64,000 bases of DNA, from assembly GCA_947626745.1 (NCBI GenBank), contig CANQTF010000008.1:20209-84208 (forward strand). Reading direction: 5' to 3'. This stretch comes from an uncultured Lachnospiraceae bacterium. GTDB lineage: Bacteria; Bacillota; Clostridia; Lachnospirales; Lachnospiraceae. The first letter of the stretch is position 1; the number at the start of each line of letters is the position of its first letter. The notes beneath the pieces are model-generated. The model did not search any database. It saw only the letters and a program-made list of their open reading frames with translations, and was not told the origin of the DNA. Shown in pieces: positions 19,489-28,834 of the stretch. The translations under genes were made by a program, and so were the position numbers.

Positions 19489-21321
19489 GTGTCGGCATCG
19501 AAAGGGAAAAAGAAAAAATATGATTACCGGCTGAACGGGGAGACGGAGGATCTAAATGAGATCGAACAGGCGCTGTTAAACAACTTCAAGCGCAATCAGG
19601 GCCACTCTCTGCGGACGCTTGTGGGCATATACAAGGGGCATTACGCGGCGCTGTTTTTGTCCGTCTTGTTCTTTGCGGTCAAGCACTCGCCCGTATGGAT
19701 CCTGCCGATCGTGACCTCCAATATCATCAATATCGCTACGAACCCCGGTGAGAATGCAGCCAGGGACATCATACTGAATGTGGTGTTCATGACCGTCATG
19801 ATCGCACAGAATATCCTCTCCAACTATTTTCACACGCTCTTTTATTCCAGAGCGATCCGCAATGTGGAGAAGGATCTGCGGGGTGCGCTTGTGAGAAAGC
19901 TGCAGCAGCTCTCCATTACCTACCACAATGAGATGCAGTCCGGCAGACTGCAGTCCAAGATCATGAGAGATGTAGAGCAGGTTGAGACGCTGTCCAGACA
20001 GGTCTTTATCTCGATCCTGAGCATTATCATGAATATCGTCGTGGCGTTTGGCGTGGTGATCACGAACAGCCTGACGGTCTTCTGCTTCTTTCTGGCGACA
20101 GTGCCGGTGGCGGTGTGCATCATGGTAGTGTTTAAGGGGAAGATCAAGAGCTACAACCGGGAGTTCCGCAAGGATATGGAGGAGACTTCCGCGCAGGTGA
20201 TGGAGATGATCGAGATGATCCCCGTCACGAGGGCGCACGCGCTGGAGGAGATGGAGACGGACAAGATGAACCACAGGCTCCGCCATGTGGCTACGTCGGG
20301 GCTGCGTCTCGACATGGTGCAGTCGTACTTTTCTTCCATAAGCTGGGTTGCTTTTCAGATCTTTCAGGTGCTGTGTCTGGGCTTCACGGGTTATCTGGCA
20401 AGCAGAGGAAGGATCAGCGTGGGCGAGGTCGTTATGTATCAGACCTATTTCAGCACGATCGTGGCGCAGGTGTCCAGTATCATCACGCTTCTGCCGATCA
20501 TTTCCAAGGGGCTTGAGTCCGTGGATTCTATCGGCGATGTGCTGCTCAGCATGGACGTGGAGGACAATACGGACAAGGAGAAGCTGCCCTCCCTTCGCGG
20601 GGAGATACGCTTTGAGGACGTGGGCTTTTGCTATAAAGACGGGGAGAACGCGGTGTTTGAGCACCTGAATCTGGCGATCGAGGCGGGGAAGACGGTCGCT
20701 TTCGTGGGCGAGTCCGGCGCGGGCAAGACGACGATTTTGAATATGGTGATCGGTTTCCTGCACGCGACGCAGGGCAGGGTGCTCATCGACGGCCACGACA
20801 TCGAAGGGCTGGATCTCGGGAGCTACAGAAGCCGCATCGCGGTGGTGCCGCAGACGCCGATCCTGTTCAGCGGAACGCTGCGGGAAAACATTACATACGG
20901 CAAAGAGGATATTTCGGACGAAAAGCTGTGGGAAGTCATTGAGGCCGCGAATTTGACCGATATGGTCAAAAAACTGCCGGACGGTATTGACACAAATATC
21001 ATGGAGCACGGCAGCAACCTGTCCGGCGGCCAGCGGCAGCGCGTATCTATCGCGCGGGCATTCGTGCGCAACCCGAAGATCCTCATTCTGGACGAGGCCA
21101 CATCGGCGTTGGACAGCGTCGCGGAGGAGAAGATCCGCGTCGCCACGGAACGGCTCGTGAAGGACAGGACGACGCTGATCGTGGCGCACCGACTGTCTAC
21201 CATTAAGAATGCCGACGTGATCGCCGTGATCGGCCACGGCGGGCTGCAGGAGATCGGCGGCTACGAGGAGCTTATGGAGAAAAAGGGCGAGTTCTACAAG
21301 CTGCGCCAGCTGCAGATCTGA
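19489..21321 (+). CDS. ABC exporter, fused permease/ATP-binding protein
   Basis: TM domain plus GESGAGKTT, LSGGQRQR, ILDEATSALD, VAHRLST; GTG start chosen from AGGAGGTGA RBS (ORF open from 19444). Confidence 0.9.
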   Translation: MSASKGKKKKYDYRLNGETEDLNEIEQALLNNFKRNQGHSLRTLVGIYKGHYAALFLSVLFFAVKHSPVWILPIVTSNIINIATNPGENAARDIILNVVFMTVMIAQNILSNYFHTLFYSRAIRNVEKDLRGALVRKLQQLSITYHNEMQSGRLQSKIMRDVEQVETLSRQVFISILSIIMNIVVAFGVVITNSLTVFCFFLATVPVAVCIMVVFKGKIKSYNREFRKDMEETSAQVMEMIEMIPVTRAHALEEMETDKMNHRLRHVATSGLRLDMVQSYFSSISWVAFQIFQVLCLGFTGYLASRGRISVGEVVMYQTYFSTIVAQVSSIITLLPIISKGLESVDSIGDVLLSMDVEDNTDKEKLPSLRGEIRFEDVGFCYKDGENAVFEHLNLAIEAGKTVAFVGESGAGKTTILNMVIGFLHATQGRVLIDGHDIEGLDLGSYRSRIAVVPQTPILFSGTLRENITYGKEDISDEKLWEVIEAANLTDMVKKLPDGIDTNIMEHGSNLSGGQRQRVSIARAFVRNPKILILDEATSALDSVAEEKIRVATERLVKDRTTLIVAHRLSTIKNADVIAVIGHGGLQEIGGYEELMEKKGEFYKLRQLQI

Positions 21322-21369
21322 TAATCGGATCAGGATATCGCAATATGCGAAGAAAGAGGGGAAAGAACG

Positions 21370-22548
21370 ATGATGACGGAGGAAGTTAAGACTCATTTGG
21401 TCAATGACTTGATCCCTTTTTGGAAAAAGCTGCGAGACGACGTGTACGGCGGTTATTACGGGTGGCTCTCCTATGATCTTGTACTGGATCAAAAGGCCGT
21501 GAAGGGCTGCATCTTAAACAGCCGTATCCTGTGGTTCTTCTCCAACGCCTATATGCTGCTCGGCGACGAGAGTCTGCTGGAGGAGGCGAAGCACGGGTAT
21601 GCCTTTATGCGGGAGCATTGCATAGACAGGGAGCAGGGCGGTCTGTATTGGTCCCTTGCCTATGACGGCACGCCGGAGGACACGACGAAGCACACATACA
21701 ATCAGGCTTTCGCCATATATGCGCTGGCCTCTTACTATGCTGCGTCCAAGGACGAGAGTGCGCTGGAGACTGCGATGGATATCTATCATATCATTGAGGA
21801 GCGCTGCACGGACGAGATCGGATACAGGGAGGCTTTCGACAGGTCATTTCGTGAGATCGGAAACGACAAGCTCTCCGAGAACGGCGTCATGGCCGAGAAG
21901 ACCATGAACACGCTGCTGCATGTGTTTGAGGCGTACACGGAGCTGTACCGCGTGAGCGGGGACGCCGGGGTGAAGGAACGCCTGATGTGGATACTGGATA
22001 CCATTGCCGAAAAGGTGTACGATCCCGCCCTGCACAGGCAGGAAGTGTTTTTCGACCGCGAGATGAAGTCTATTCTGGATCTGCACTCCTACGGGCACGA
22101 CATCGAGACGGCATGGCTGCTCAGGCGGGGAACGGATATCCTTGGAGAGCGCTCTTATGCGGAAAAGATGCTGCCGATCATTCTTGACTTAACCGGTCAA
22201 GTATATCGGGCGGCTTTCGACGGCCGCTCCCTCGCCAATGAGTGCGAGAAGGGCGTTGTCGACGAGCGGCGTATCTGGTGGGTGCAGGCGGAGGCCGTGG
22301 TCGGTTTCCTGAACGGATACCAGCTTGCGCCGGCGCATGAGGAGTATCTGGAAGCCGCCAGGTCCGAGTGGGAATTTATCAAGACGTACATGATAGATAA
22401 GCGGAAAGGGTCGGAATGGTATCAGGAGGTGGACAGCTTTGGCGTACCGACTGCGGGCGAGCCGATCGTAGAGCCGTGGAAATGTCCGTACCATAACGGC
22501 AGAATGTGCATGGAGGTGATCAGAAGAGATCCCGACAGCCGCAGGTGA
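21370..22548 (+). CDS. AGE-family epimerase, probably cellobiose 2-epimerase
   Basis: KGCILNSRILWFFS, KHTYNQAFAIY, KTMNTLLHVFEAYT, SYGHDIE, WWVQAE, WKCPYHNGRMC. Confidence 0.88.
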   Translation: MMTEEVKTHLVNDLIPFWKKLRDDVYGGYYGWLSYDLVLDQKAVKGCILNSRILWFFSNAYMLLGDESLLEEAKHGYAFMREHCIDREQGGLYWSLAYDGTPEDTTKHTYNQAFAIYALASYYAASKDESALETAMDIYHIIEERCTDEIGYREAFDRSFREIGNDKLSENGVMAEKTMNTLLHVFEAYTELYRVSGDAGVKERLMWILDTIAEKVYDPALHRQEVFFDREMKSILDLHSYGHDIETAWLLRRGTDILGERSYAEKMLPIILDLTGQVYRAAFDGRSLANECEKGVVDERRIWWVQAEAVVGFLNGYQLAPAHEEYLEAARSEWEFIKTYMIDKRKGSEWYQEVDSFGVPTAGEPIVEPWKCPYHNGRMCMEVIRRDPDSRR

Positions 22549-22705
22549 TACGGAGAAAAACATTGCGTGCGCCCTTGTAGAAAAAGACAATTGATGCTAC
22601 AATGAAATATAGAAGCAAGGCATACAACCGTTTTACGCAGGGAGGAGCGCTTTGCGCGTAAGCTGCGGCGAAGGCGCATGGCGAAAGGATAAAGGGGGAA
22701 CTCTT

Positions 22706-22999
22706 ATGGGAGCGATCGAGGAGACAAAGAGACAGGAAACGGAGCAGAAGGAGCAGCATAGCGCGTCCGGAGAGAAGAAAGAGACACAGGACGCTGCACC
22801 GGAGATCGTTCTGCAGTATCGGGGCTATGAGGTGGACGTTGAGGCGGTAACCGAACGGGTCAAGAATCATTACTATGCCAAGGGATACAAAAAGGGCACG
22901 ATCAAAAGCCTCCAGATCTATATGAAACCGGAAGAGTTCACGGCCTACTATGTGATCAACGACGGCGTTGTCGGCAAGGTCAATCTGTTCTACGATTAA
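22706..22999 (+). CDS. DUF6465-like small protein
   Basis: IVLQYRGYEV...IKSLQIYMKPEEFTAYYVIN..GKV motif; GGGGGA RBS. Confidence 0.7.
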   Translation: MGAIEETKRQETEQKEQHSASGEKKETQDAAPEIVLQYRGYEVDVEAVTERVKNHYYAKGYKKGTIKSLQIYMKPEEFTAYYVINDGVVGKVNLFYD

Positions 23000-23063
23000 A
23001 GGAAACGGTCGGCGGCGGGCGCTTCGGGTCTGACCGTGCGAAAAGGAACGGCGGGAAATACAG

Positions 23064-23106
23064 AGCCGGCGGAATGTCATGAAAATGGCGTCTGCCGGCT
23101 TTTTTT
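23064..23106 (+). terminator. Rho-independent terminator
   Basis: AGCCGGCGGA...TCTGCCGGCT stem with GAAA loop followed by T7. Confidence 0.75.
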
Positions 23107-23157
23107 GCGCCTTGGCGGGAGGGTCCGTGAAAAATGCGAAAAAAGCAAAAATATAGG

Positions 23158-23224
23158 TTGACAAGTAATATTATATGCCGTATAGTATTAGCAGAAACAA
23201 TATTATACAGCATATAATATTATA
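23158..23224 (+). promoter_or_regulatory. sigma-A promoter overlapped by tandem palindromic operators (likely PadR autorepression)
   Basis: TTGACA-N17-TATAGT; TAATATTATA-N5-TATAGTATTA (23166-23190) and AATATTATA-N5-TATAATATT (23199-23221). Confidence 0.65.
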
Positions 23225-23320
23225 AAATATAACAATATCCTATGGCAGAGGAAAGGGAAGAACGGAGAGGAAACGGAATGGTTTGCTATGAGATATGTAA
23301 AGCGGAAAGGAGTTTATCGC

Positions 23321-23647
23321 ATGGTTTTTAACACGGGTGCGGCGTTGCTGGACGCGATCGTGCTGGCGGTGGTATCCGGCGAGACGGAAGGGACGTACGG
23401 CTACAAGATCACGCAGGAAGTGCGGCAGGTCATCGAGATCTCCGAGTCCACGCTCTATCCGGTGCTCAGGCGTCTGCAGAAGGACGAATGTCTGGAAGTC
23501 TATGACATGGAGTGCGCGGGCAGGAACAGACGGTATTATAAGGTGACGGAGAAGGGGAGAGCGCAGCTCAATCTGTATATCAGCGAATGGTATCGGTATT
23601 CTGCGAAGTTAAACAGTATCTTTGAGGGAGGATTAAGGCATGAATAG
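23321..23647 (+). CDS. PadR-family transcriptional regulator
   Basis: YGYKITQ, ISESTLYPVLRRL, GRNRRYYKVTEKG. Confidence 0.92.
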   Translation: MVFNTGAALLDAIVLAVVSGETEGTYGYKITQEVRQVIEISESTLYPVLRRLQKDECLEVYDMECAGRNRRYYKVTEKGRAQLNLYISEWYRYSAKLNSIFEGGLRHE

Positions 23648-24506
23648 AGCGGAATTTATGAGGCGGCTGACAGAGCTGCTGGGCGATGTGCCGCCGGCGG
23701 AGCGTGATGAAGCCATTCAATATTACAACGATTACTTTGACGATGCGGGCGCGGAGAATGAGCGGAGCGTCATCGCTTCGCTGGGAACGCCGGAGGAGCT
23801 GGCCCGGACGATCAAGGCGGGACTGAAGGACGACGGGGACGGCGGAGAGTTCACGGAGTCGGGCTTCAGCGGCTATGCACAGACGCATAAGGACGAGATC
23901 ATGTACGCGCAGGGCGGAGAGCAAGCGGGAACGGGCGACCGGAGGAACGCTTACTATCAGGAAGACTATTACAGGCGCACCGGCGGAAAAGGCATCTACG
24001 GCGGCAGACGGGATACGAGACAGAATAATGACCCATATAGTCAACAAACCGCGGGCGGCGCTGCGGGCAACTTCGGCGGGAGCACGCAGACGGCGCAGGA
24101 TTCCGCCGCGCAGCAGCAGAAGAAAGGGCTGTCCGGCGGCACGATCGCGCTGATCGTGGTCGCAGCGATATTGACTTCTCCGGTCTGGATCGGCGTTGCG
24201 GCCTCGCTGTTCGGGGTGGCCGTCGCATTGTTGGTGACGGTATTCTCGCTCTTTCTTATGTTCTTGGTGATCGGGCTGGTGTTTCTCGTCGTCGCCGTCG
24301 CCCTGTTCATCACGGGCTGCGCCCTGTTGGTCCATGTGCCGTTGGGCGGCATGAGTACGATCGGCGTGTCGCTCATTCTCTTCGGGTTTGGGCTGGTGAG
24401 CGTCTGGCTGGTGGTCTGGTGTGTGGTGAAGGCAATCCCGGCGCTCTTTCGGGGCATTGCGGCGCTTGTTAGAAGGATCTTTCACAGAGGAGGTGTGGCG
24501 GCATGA
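23640..24506 (+). CDS. DUF1700 (HAAS) membrane protein
   Basis: MNRAEFMRRL..LL..VP..ERDEAIQYYNDYFDDAG..LGTPEELA N-domain; C-terminal TM helices. Confidence 0.85.
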   Translation: MNRAEFMRRLTELLGDVPPAERDEAIQYYNDYFDDAGAENERSVIASLGTPEELARTIKAGLKDDGDGGEFTESGFSGYAQTHKDEIMYAQGGEQAGTGDRRNAYYQEDYYRRTGGKGIYGGRRDTRQNNDPYSQQTAGGAAGNFGGSTQTAQDSAAQQQKKGLSGGTIALIVVAAILTSPVWIGVAASLFGVAVALLVTVFSLFLMFLVIGLVFLVVAVALFITGCALLVHVPLGGMSTIGVSLILFGFGLVSVWLVVWCVVKAIPALFRGIAALVRRIFHRGGVAA

Positions 24507-25672
24507 CAACGATGACGAACGGAACGGGTGCGTATATGCCGAACGGGGATATGCGTGACGGAGCAGATATGACTATGGGCGCGGGGCAGGATGCGGGCGG
24601 CCGCGGGAAACGGAAGGGCACATGCAGGAACAGGTGGAGCAGAGGCTGCCTGTACACGGCGCTTGGGGCGCTGATCATCGGGGCCGTGCTGTGCGGCGCG
24701 GGCTGGCTGCTTGGCGGTTTCAGGCAGCTTGACGGGCTGGACATCAAGGGGCTTACGGGTATCCCCTTCGTCTATAACGGGCACGCTTTCGGGTTTGCTT
24801 TCACGCCGCATTTTGGACATTTCGGAGATGACGACTGGGAGGGGCGCTATGCCGGGTGGAGCCGGCTTACGCAGAGCGTCGAAGCTGAGGACGGCCTTAT
24901 GGGCGGCGTGTGCCTCGATCTCACGGCGGACACGCTGCGGGAGCTGTCTCTGGAGACGGACGGCTGTCGGGTGGTGATCGAGGAATCGGCGGACGACCAT
25001 GTAAGGTTTACCGTGGAAGGCGACACGGAGCGGTTCCGCTATCTGGTGCAGGACGGCGCGCTGCGGATCGCGTATGAGCCCGGCAGCTTCGGCATCTACG
25101 GGGGAAGCATCCGCATCAGGCTGCCGCGGGGGACTTATCTGGAGCGGCTGAGCGCGGATGTGGGCGCGGGAAGACTGGACTGCGGCAGAATGAACGTGTG
25201 CGATGCCGACATCGAGGTGGGCGCGGGCGCATGCGCCGCAGACAGGATCGCGGCGGACGGCACGGTGACGCTGTCGGTGGGCGCGGGAGAGATCGTCTTG
25301 GACTCTCTTGTGTGCAGAGAGGCGGATATCTGCGTGAACATGGGCGATCTGGTGATCGACGACGCCGTAGTGGCAGACAGGGCCAGCGTGGAACTTGGCA
25401 TGGGCGATGTCGAGATCGGCGGCGAGGTGAACGGCGATCTGGATGTGGACTGCAGCATGGGCGACGTGACCCTGTTCCTGCGCGGCGCGCAGGAGGAACA
25501 CGATTACGAGATCGACTGCTCTATGGGTACGGTGGAGATCGGCACCTGGAGTTTTTCTGCGATGACGGAGCACACGATCGACAACGGCACGGGAAGCGAT
25601 TACGAGATCGACTGCTCTATGGGTACGGTGGAGATCACATTCAACGCGGCCGGGAACGCAGACCGGAAGTAA
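24503..25672 (+). CDS. DUF4097 beta-strand repeat (toast-rack) protein
   Basis: N-terminal TM, repeated VGAG/xGMG/CSMG beta motifs; typical PadR-DUF1700-DUF4097 context. Confidence 0.8.
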   Translation: MTTMTNGTGAYMPNGDMRDGADMTMGAGQDAGGRGKRKGTCRNRWSRGCLYTALGALIIGAVLCGAGWLLGGFRQLDGLDIKGLTGIPFVYNGHAFGFAFTPHFGHFGDDDWEGRYAGWSRLTQSVEAEDGLMGGVCLDLTADTLRELSLETDGCRVVIEESADDHVRFTVEGDTERFRYLVQDGALRIAYEPGSFGIYGGSIRIRLPRGTYLERLSADVGAGRLDCGRMNVCDADIEVGAGACAADRIAADGTVTLSVGAGEIVLDSLVCREADICVNMGDLVIDDAVVADRASVELGMGDVEIGGEVNGDLDVDCSMGDVTLFLRGAQEEHDYEIDCSMGTVEIGTWSFSAMTEHTIDNGTGSDYEIDCSMGTVEITFNAAGNADRK

Positions 25673-25744
25673 TGTGCGGCGGACGAAAGAAACCCGTGCA
25701 TGCGGCGGCTATGCGGTGAAGGAAAAAAAGGAGGAGACAGAAAC

Positions 25745-25954
25745 ATGGGAAACGATTACAGAAAACTGGTGCGCTCACGCACCGACAGGATGTTATGCGG
25801 CGTGTGCGGCGGCATAGGGGACTATCTGCACATAGACCCGACGCTGGTGCGGCTCATCTGGGTGCTCTGCTCGCTGGCGGGCTGCGGCATGGGGCTGATC
25901 ATCTATATCGTGGCGGCAATCATCATGCCGGAGGACAACGGAGTGGTGGGCTGA
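25745..25954 (+). CDS. PspC domain membrane protein
   Basis: KLVRSRTDRMLCGVCGGIGDYLHIDPTLVRL...YIVAAIIMPE; AGGAGG RBS. Confidence 0.92.
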   Translation: MGNDYRKLVRSRTDRMLCGVCGGIGDYLHIDPTLVRLIWVLCSLAGCGMGLIIYIVAAIIMPEDNGVVG

Positions 25955-26015
25955 CGATGCGCAGCCGGCACGGAATCATGGGCTCGGAGGAAACTCGGAC
26001 AAGCATAAGATGCAG

Positions 26016-26051
26016 ACAGGGTGGCTGATGTGATCGGTCACCCTGTATTTT
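26016..26051 (+). terminator. Terminator after pspC-like gene
   Basis: ACAGGGTGGCTGAT / ATCGGTCACCCTGT followed by ATTTT. Confidence 0.65.
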
Positions 26052-26173
26052 ATATATTCGGAGACGAAACCTTTTGCGCAGCGGTTACACTATCATAGTG
26101 AATGGACGAGTTTATTCAAAGGCCAATCCTTCGGGCGTCATCATGAGGGCGTCCGAAACAGGGAGGTTTGAAA

Positions 26174-26701
26174 GTGCAACGGGAAGAACTGGAACGAATC
26201 ATGGAGGCGTACGGCAGGGATCTGTTTTCCTTCTGCTGTTTTGTGACCCGCGACAGGCAGGACGCGGAGGAGCTCTATCAGGACACGTTTTTGAAGCTGT
26301 ATGAGAGCAGGGAAAAGCTGCATATCGACAGGAACGCAAAGAGTTTTCTGATGAGCGTGGCGCTCAATCTGTATCGAAATTACAGGCGCAAGCGGTCTGT
26401 CAGGGAGCGGATCACGGGAGTCCTATACTCCGTGGAAGAGAGAGAAGCGGAGCTTCCGGACGGGGAACAGCCGGTGGAGGAGCGCAACCTGCTGCGGGAG
26501 ACCTGCAGGGCGCTGCGCCGGGCGGTGAGAAGGCTGCCGGACAAGTACAGGATACCGATCCTTCTGTACTACATGGAGGAATTGACGCAGAGGGAGATCG
26601 CGCACATCATGAAGCTGCCGGAGGAGACGGTCAAGACAAGGCTGCGCCGGGCGAAAGCGATCCTCAGAAAAGATTTGGAGGGACAGGGTTATGAAAAATA
26701 G
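26174..26701 (+). CDS. ECF RNA polymerase sigma factor
   Basis: DAEELYQDTFLK region 2; LPDKYRIPILLYY..REIAHIM..TVKTRLRRAK region 4. Confidence 0.92.
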   Translation: MQREELERIMEAYGRDLFSFCCFVTRDRQDAEELYQDTFLKLYESREKLHIDRNAKSFLMSVALNLYRNYRRKRSVRERITGVLYSVEEREAELPDGEQPVEERNLLRETCRALRRAVRRLPDKYRIPILLYYMEELTQREIAHIMKLPEETVKTRLRRAKAILRKDLEGQGYEK

Positions 26702-27893
26702 CATAGACGAATTGCTGCGGCTGTCGCTCGCGCCGACAGAGGAGCCGACAGGGCTTCTGAATCGTCAGGTTCTGCGGCAAACGGAAAGAGAGGAGCAAAC
26801 CATGAAGAAAAGAGAAGATAAAAGAAAAGGCGGACAGGCGGACCGAAGGCTGATCCCCGCCGCAGCGATAGGGCTGTGTGCGGTGTTTCTGGCTTCCGTC
26901 ACGGTATATGCGGCATACCGCTATCTAAGTCCGTCTCAAGCGGCGGAAGCGTTGTTTGCGGACCATGCGCTCGCACAGGCTTTTCAGGGAGAAGGGGCGG
27001 TGCTTGTCAACGAGACGCAGATAAGCGGCGGTTACCGCATCACGCTGCTCGGCAGCGCTGCCGGCAGGAATATCAGCGATTATCTGTACCGCCATAACGG
27101 GGAGATCGTCGAAGACCGTATCTACACGGTGGTGGCGATCGAGCGCGCGGACGGTACGCCTATGCCGGATACTTCCTCCGATGCATACGGGGAGGAGAGC
27201 TTTTTTGTATCCCACTATGTCCGCGGGCTGGATCCGAAGTCCTACAATGCGGTGAGCATGGGCGGCGGCTACGGCGAGTTCGTGCAGGACGGCGTCATGT
27301 ACAGGATACTGGAGACGGACAATGTGGAAATGTTTGCGGACCGCGGCATTTATGTGGGCGTGAACAGCGGCACGTTCTATGATGTGAACGCATACCGCTA
27401 TGACGAGGAAACCGGCGAGATGACGCAGAATGAAGACTATGACGGCGCAAACGCCCTCTTCCTTCTGCCGCTCGATCCCGCCAAGGCCGATCCGGAGGCG
27501 GCGGCCGCATATCTGAAGCGGTGGGAAAAAGAGATGAGCGGGGAGGACGAAACGGCAGAGACGTCTGTGCCCGAAGCGCCCACTGACGCGGACGTTTTCA
27601 TGGAGAGGCTGACGCCGGAGAATCTCGACGAGTACGCCGCTCCGGCGGAGTATACCCGCATGGTGTGTACGCCGGATGCAAACGGCATGATCTCCTACGG
27701 CTACCGCATGGAAAGCGGCGCGGGCAGCGAGAATCAACAGGCGCGGGTGGACTGGCTCTTTCCGGAGGACCGGGAGAGCGACGTGCTGATCGGCGGCTGG
27801 AGCCACAGCGGCAGTCTTGATACGCTCAACATCGAAGTGTTTACGCTGCATGAGGACGGCACGGTAGAGTTCGTGATCTATCAGCCCAAATAG
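26691..27893 (+). CDS. Putative anti-sigma factor (single TM, DUF4179-like extracytoplasmic domain)
   Basis: Overlaps sigma gene; short cytoplasmic N-terminus, TM ending SVTVYAA, VNETQISGGYRITLLG. Confidence 0.7.
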   Translation: MKNSIDELLRLSLAPTEEPTGLLNRQVLRQTEREEQTMKKREDKRKGGQADRRLIPAAAIGLCAVFLASVTVYAAYRYLSPSQAAEALFADHALAQAFQGEGAVLVNETQISGGYRITLLGSAAGRNISDYLYRHNGEIVEDRIYTVVAIERADGTPMPDTSSDAYGEESFFVSHYVRGLDPKSYNAVSMGGGYGEFVQDGVMYRILETDNVEMFADRGIYVGVNSGTFYDVNAYRYDEETGEMTQNEDYDGANALFLLPLDPAKADPEAAAAYLKRWEKEMSGEDETAETSVPEAPTDADVFMERLTPENLDEYAAPAEYTRMVCTPDANGMISYGYRMESGAGSENQQARVDWLFPEDRESDVLIGGWSHSGSLDTLNIEVFTLHEDGTVEFVIYQPK

Positions 27894-28021
27894 GGCCGTC
27901 CGAAAGACAGGCGGGAAACTCCTATGAAAGGAAAGAGCAGCCTATCCTTCAGCACGGTTGTCCTGAAAAGGTATTTATCTGTAAAAATATCGTTTTGCCA
28001 AAACTTCCCTTTTTATTTTCA

Positions 28022-28083
28022 TTGACACAAGGGCATACTTTGAATATAATAATAGTACAGAAATAAGTACAAAAATATGTACA
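28022..28083 (+). promoter_or_regulatory. Consensus sigma-A promoter with three YefM-type (A/T)GTACA operators
   Basis: TTGACA-N17-TATAAT (28022-28050); AGTACA 28054, AGTACA 28066, TGTACA 28078 at 12-bp spacing. Confidence 0.8.
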
Positions 28084-28105
28084 TTTTAAGAAGGGGGCAT
28101 AAGTC

Positions 28106-28429
28106 ATGGTAGCGGTAAAATCTGTAAATGTCCGTGATAATTTTAAAGATTGGTGCGATAAAATAAGTAAGGGAGAAACCGTCGTTATTTCAAGGCCGCG
28201 AAACGAAAATATCTATATGATAAACGAAGCCGAATATAACGCCTTGCAGAAAGCAAAACGGAACGCAGAATATCTTGCTATGATAGATGAAAGCACATCG
28301 CAGCTTGCGCGTGGGGAAACGATTTCTTTTACGTTGGAAGAATTACAGGCAATGGAAGCCGAGGACTGGAAGCCGACCGAAAAAATCCTTGCATTTAAAA
28401 AAAGGCATGACATACAAAGGAAAGATTAA
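28106..28429 (+). CDS. Phd/YefM-family antitoxin
   Basis: NVRDNFKDWCDKISKGETVVISRPRNENIYMINEAEYN; upstream of YoeB-like toxin. Confidence 0.88.
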   Translation: MVAVKSVNVRDNFKDWCDKISKGETVVISRPRNENIYMINEAEYNALQKAKRNAEYLAMIDESTSQLARGETISFTLEELQAMEAEDWKPTEKILAFKKRHDIQRKD

Positions 28430-28433
28430 GCCT

Positions 28434-28703
28434 ATGGCAGATTTTACATTTACCGAAAAGGCAATGGAGCAGTATATCTATTGGCAGACACAAGACCGCA
28501 AAACGCTAAAACGGATCAACAGTCTTATAGCAGACATAGATCGAAGCGGAGCAGTCCGGGGCATAGGAAAGCCGGAACTGTTAAAGCATAATAGATCCGG
28601 GCTGTACAGCCGCAGGATAGATGAAGTAAACCGCCTTGTATATAGCGTTGATGCAGAAAACAATATCAAAATCATATCCTGTAAAGGGCATTATGAGGAT
28701 TAA
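28434..28703 (+). CDS. yoeB: Txe/YoeB-family toxin
   Basis: YIYWQTQDRKTLKRINSLI, GIGKPELLKH, YSRRIDEVNRLVY, CKGHY. Confidence 0.92.
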   Translation: MADFTFTEKAMEQYIYWQTQDRKTLKRINSLIADIDRSGAVRGIGKPELLKHNRSGLYSRRIDEVNRLVYSVDAENNIKIISCKGHYED

Positions 28704-28834
28704 CGGAGATTGTAATGATCCGATCGCCGCAAAGACGCTGGGTTCCATTGCCAACGATGTTTGTCTGGCAGCTTCAGAAAAGCACTTCCGACTTAAAGTA
28801 TTGTCGGAAGTGCTTTGCCGTGTCATCGGGAAGC

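Noticed and set aside
23000-23106. Possible c-di-GMP-I riboswitch (CGGGTCT, GAAA loops)
   Set aside because: Lacks the GGCAAAC...ACGCAAA core in the right order; lies 3' of a gene and is explained by a terminator
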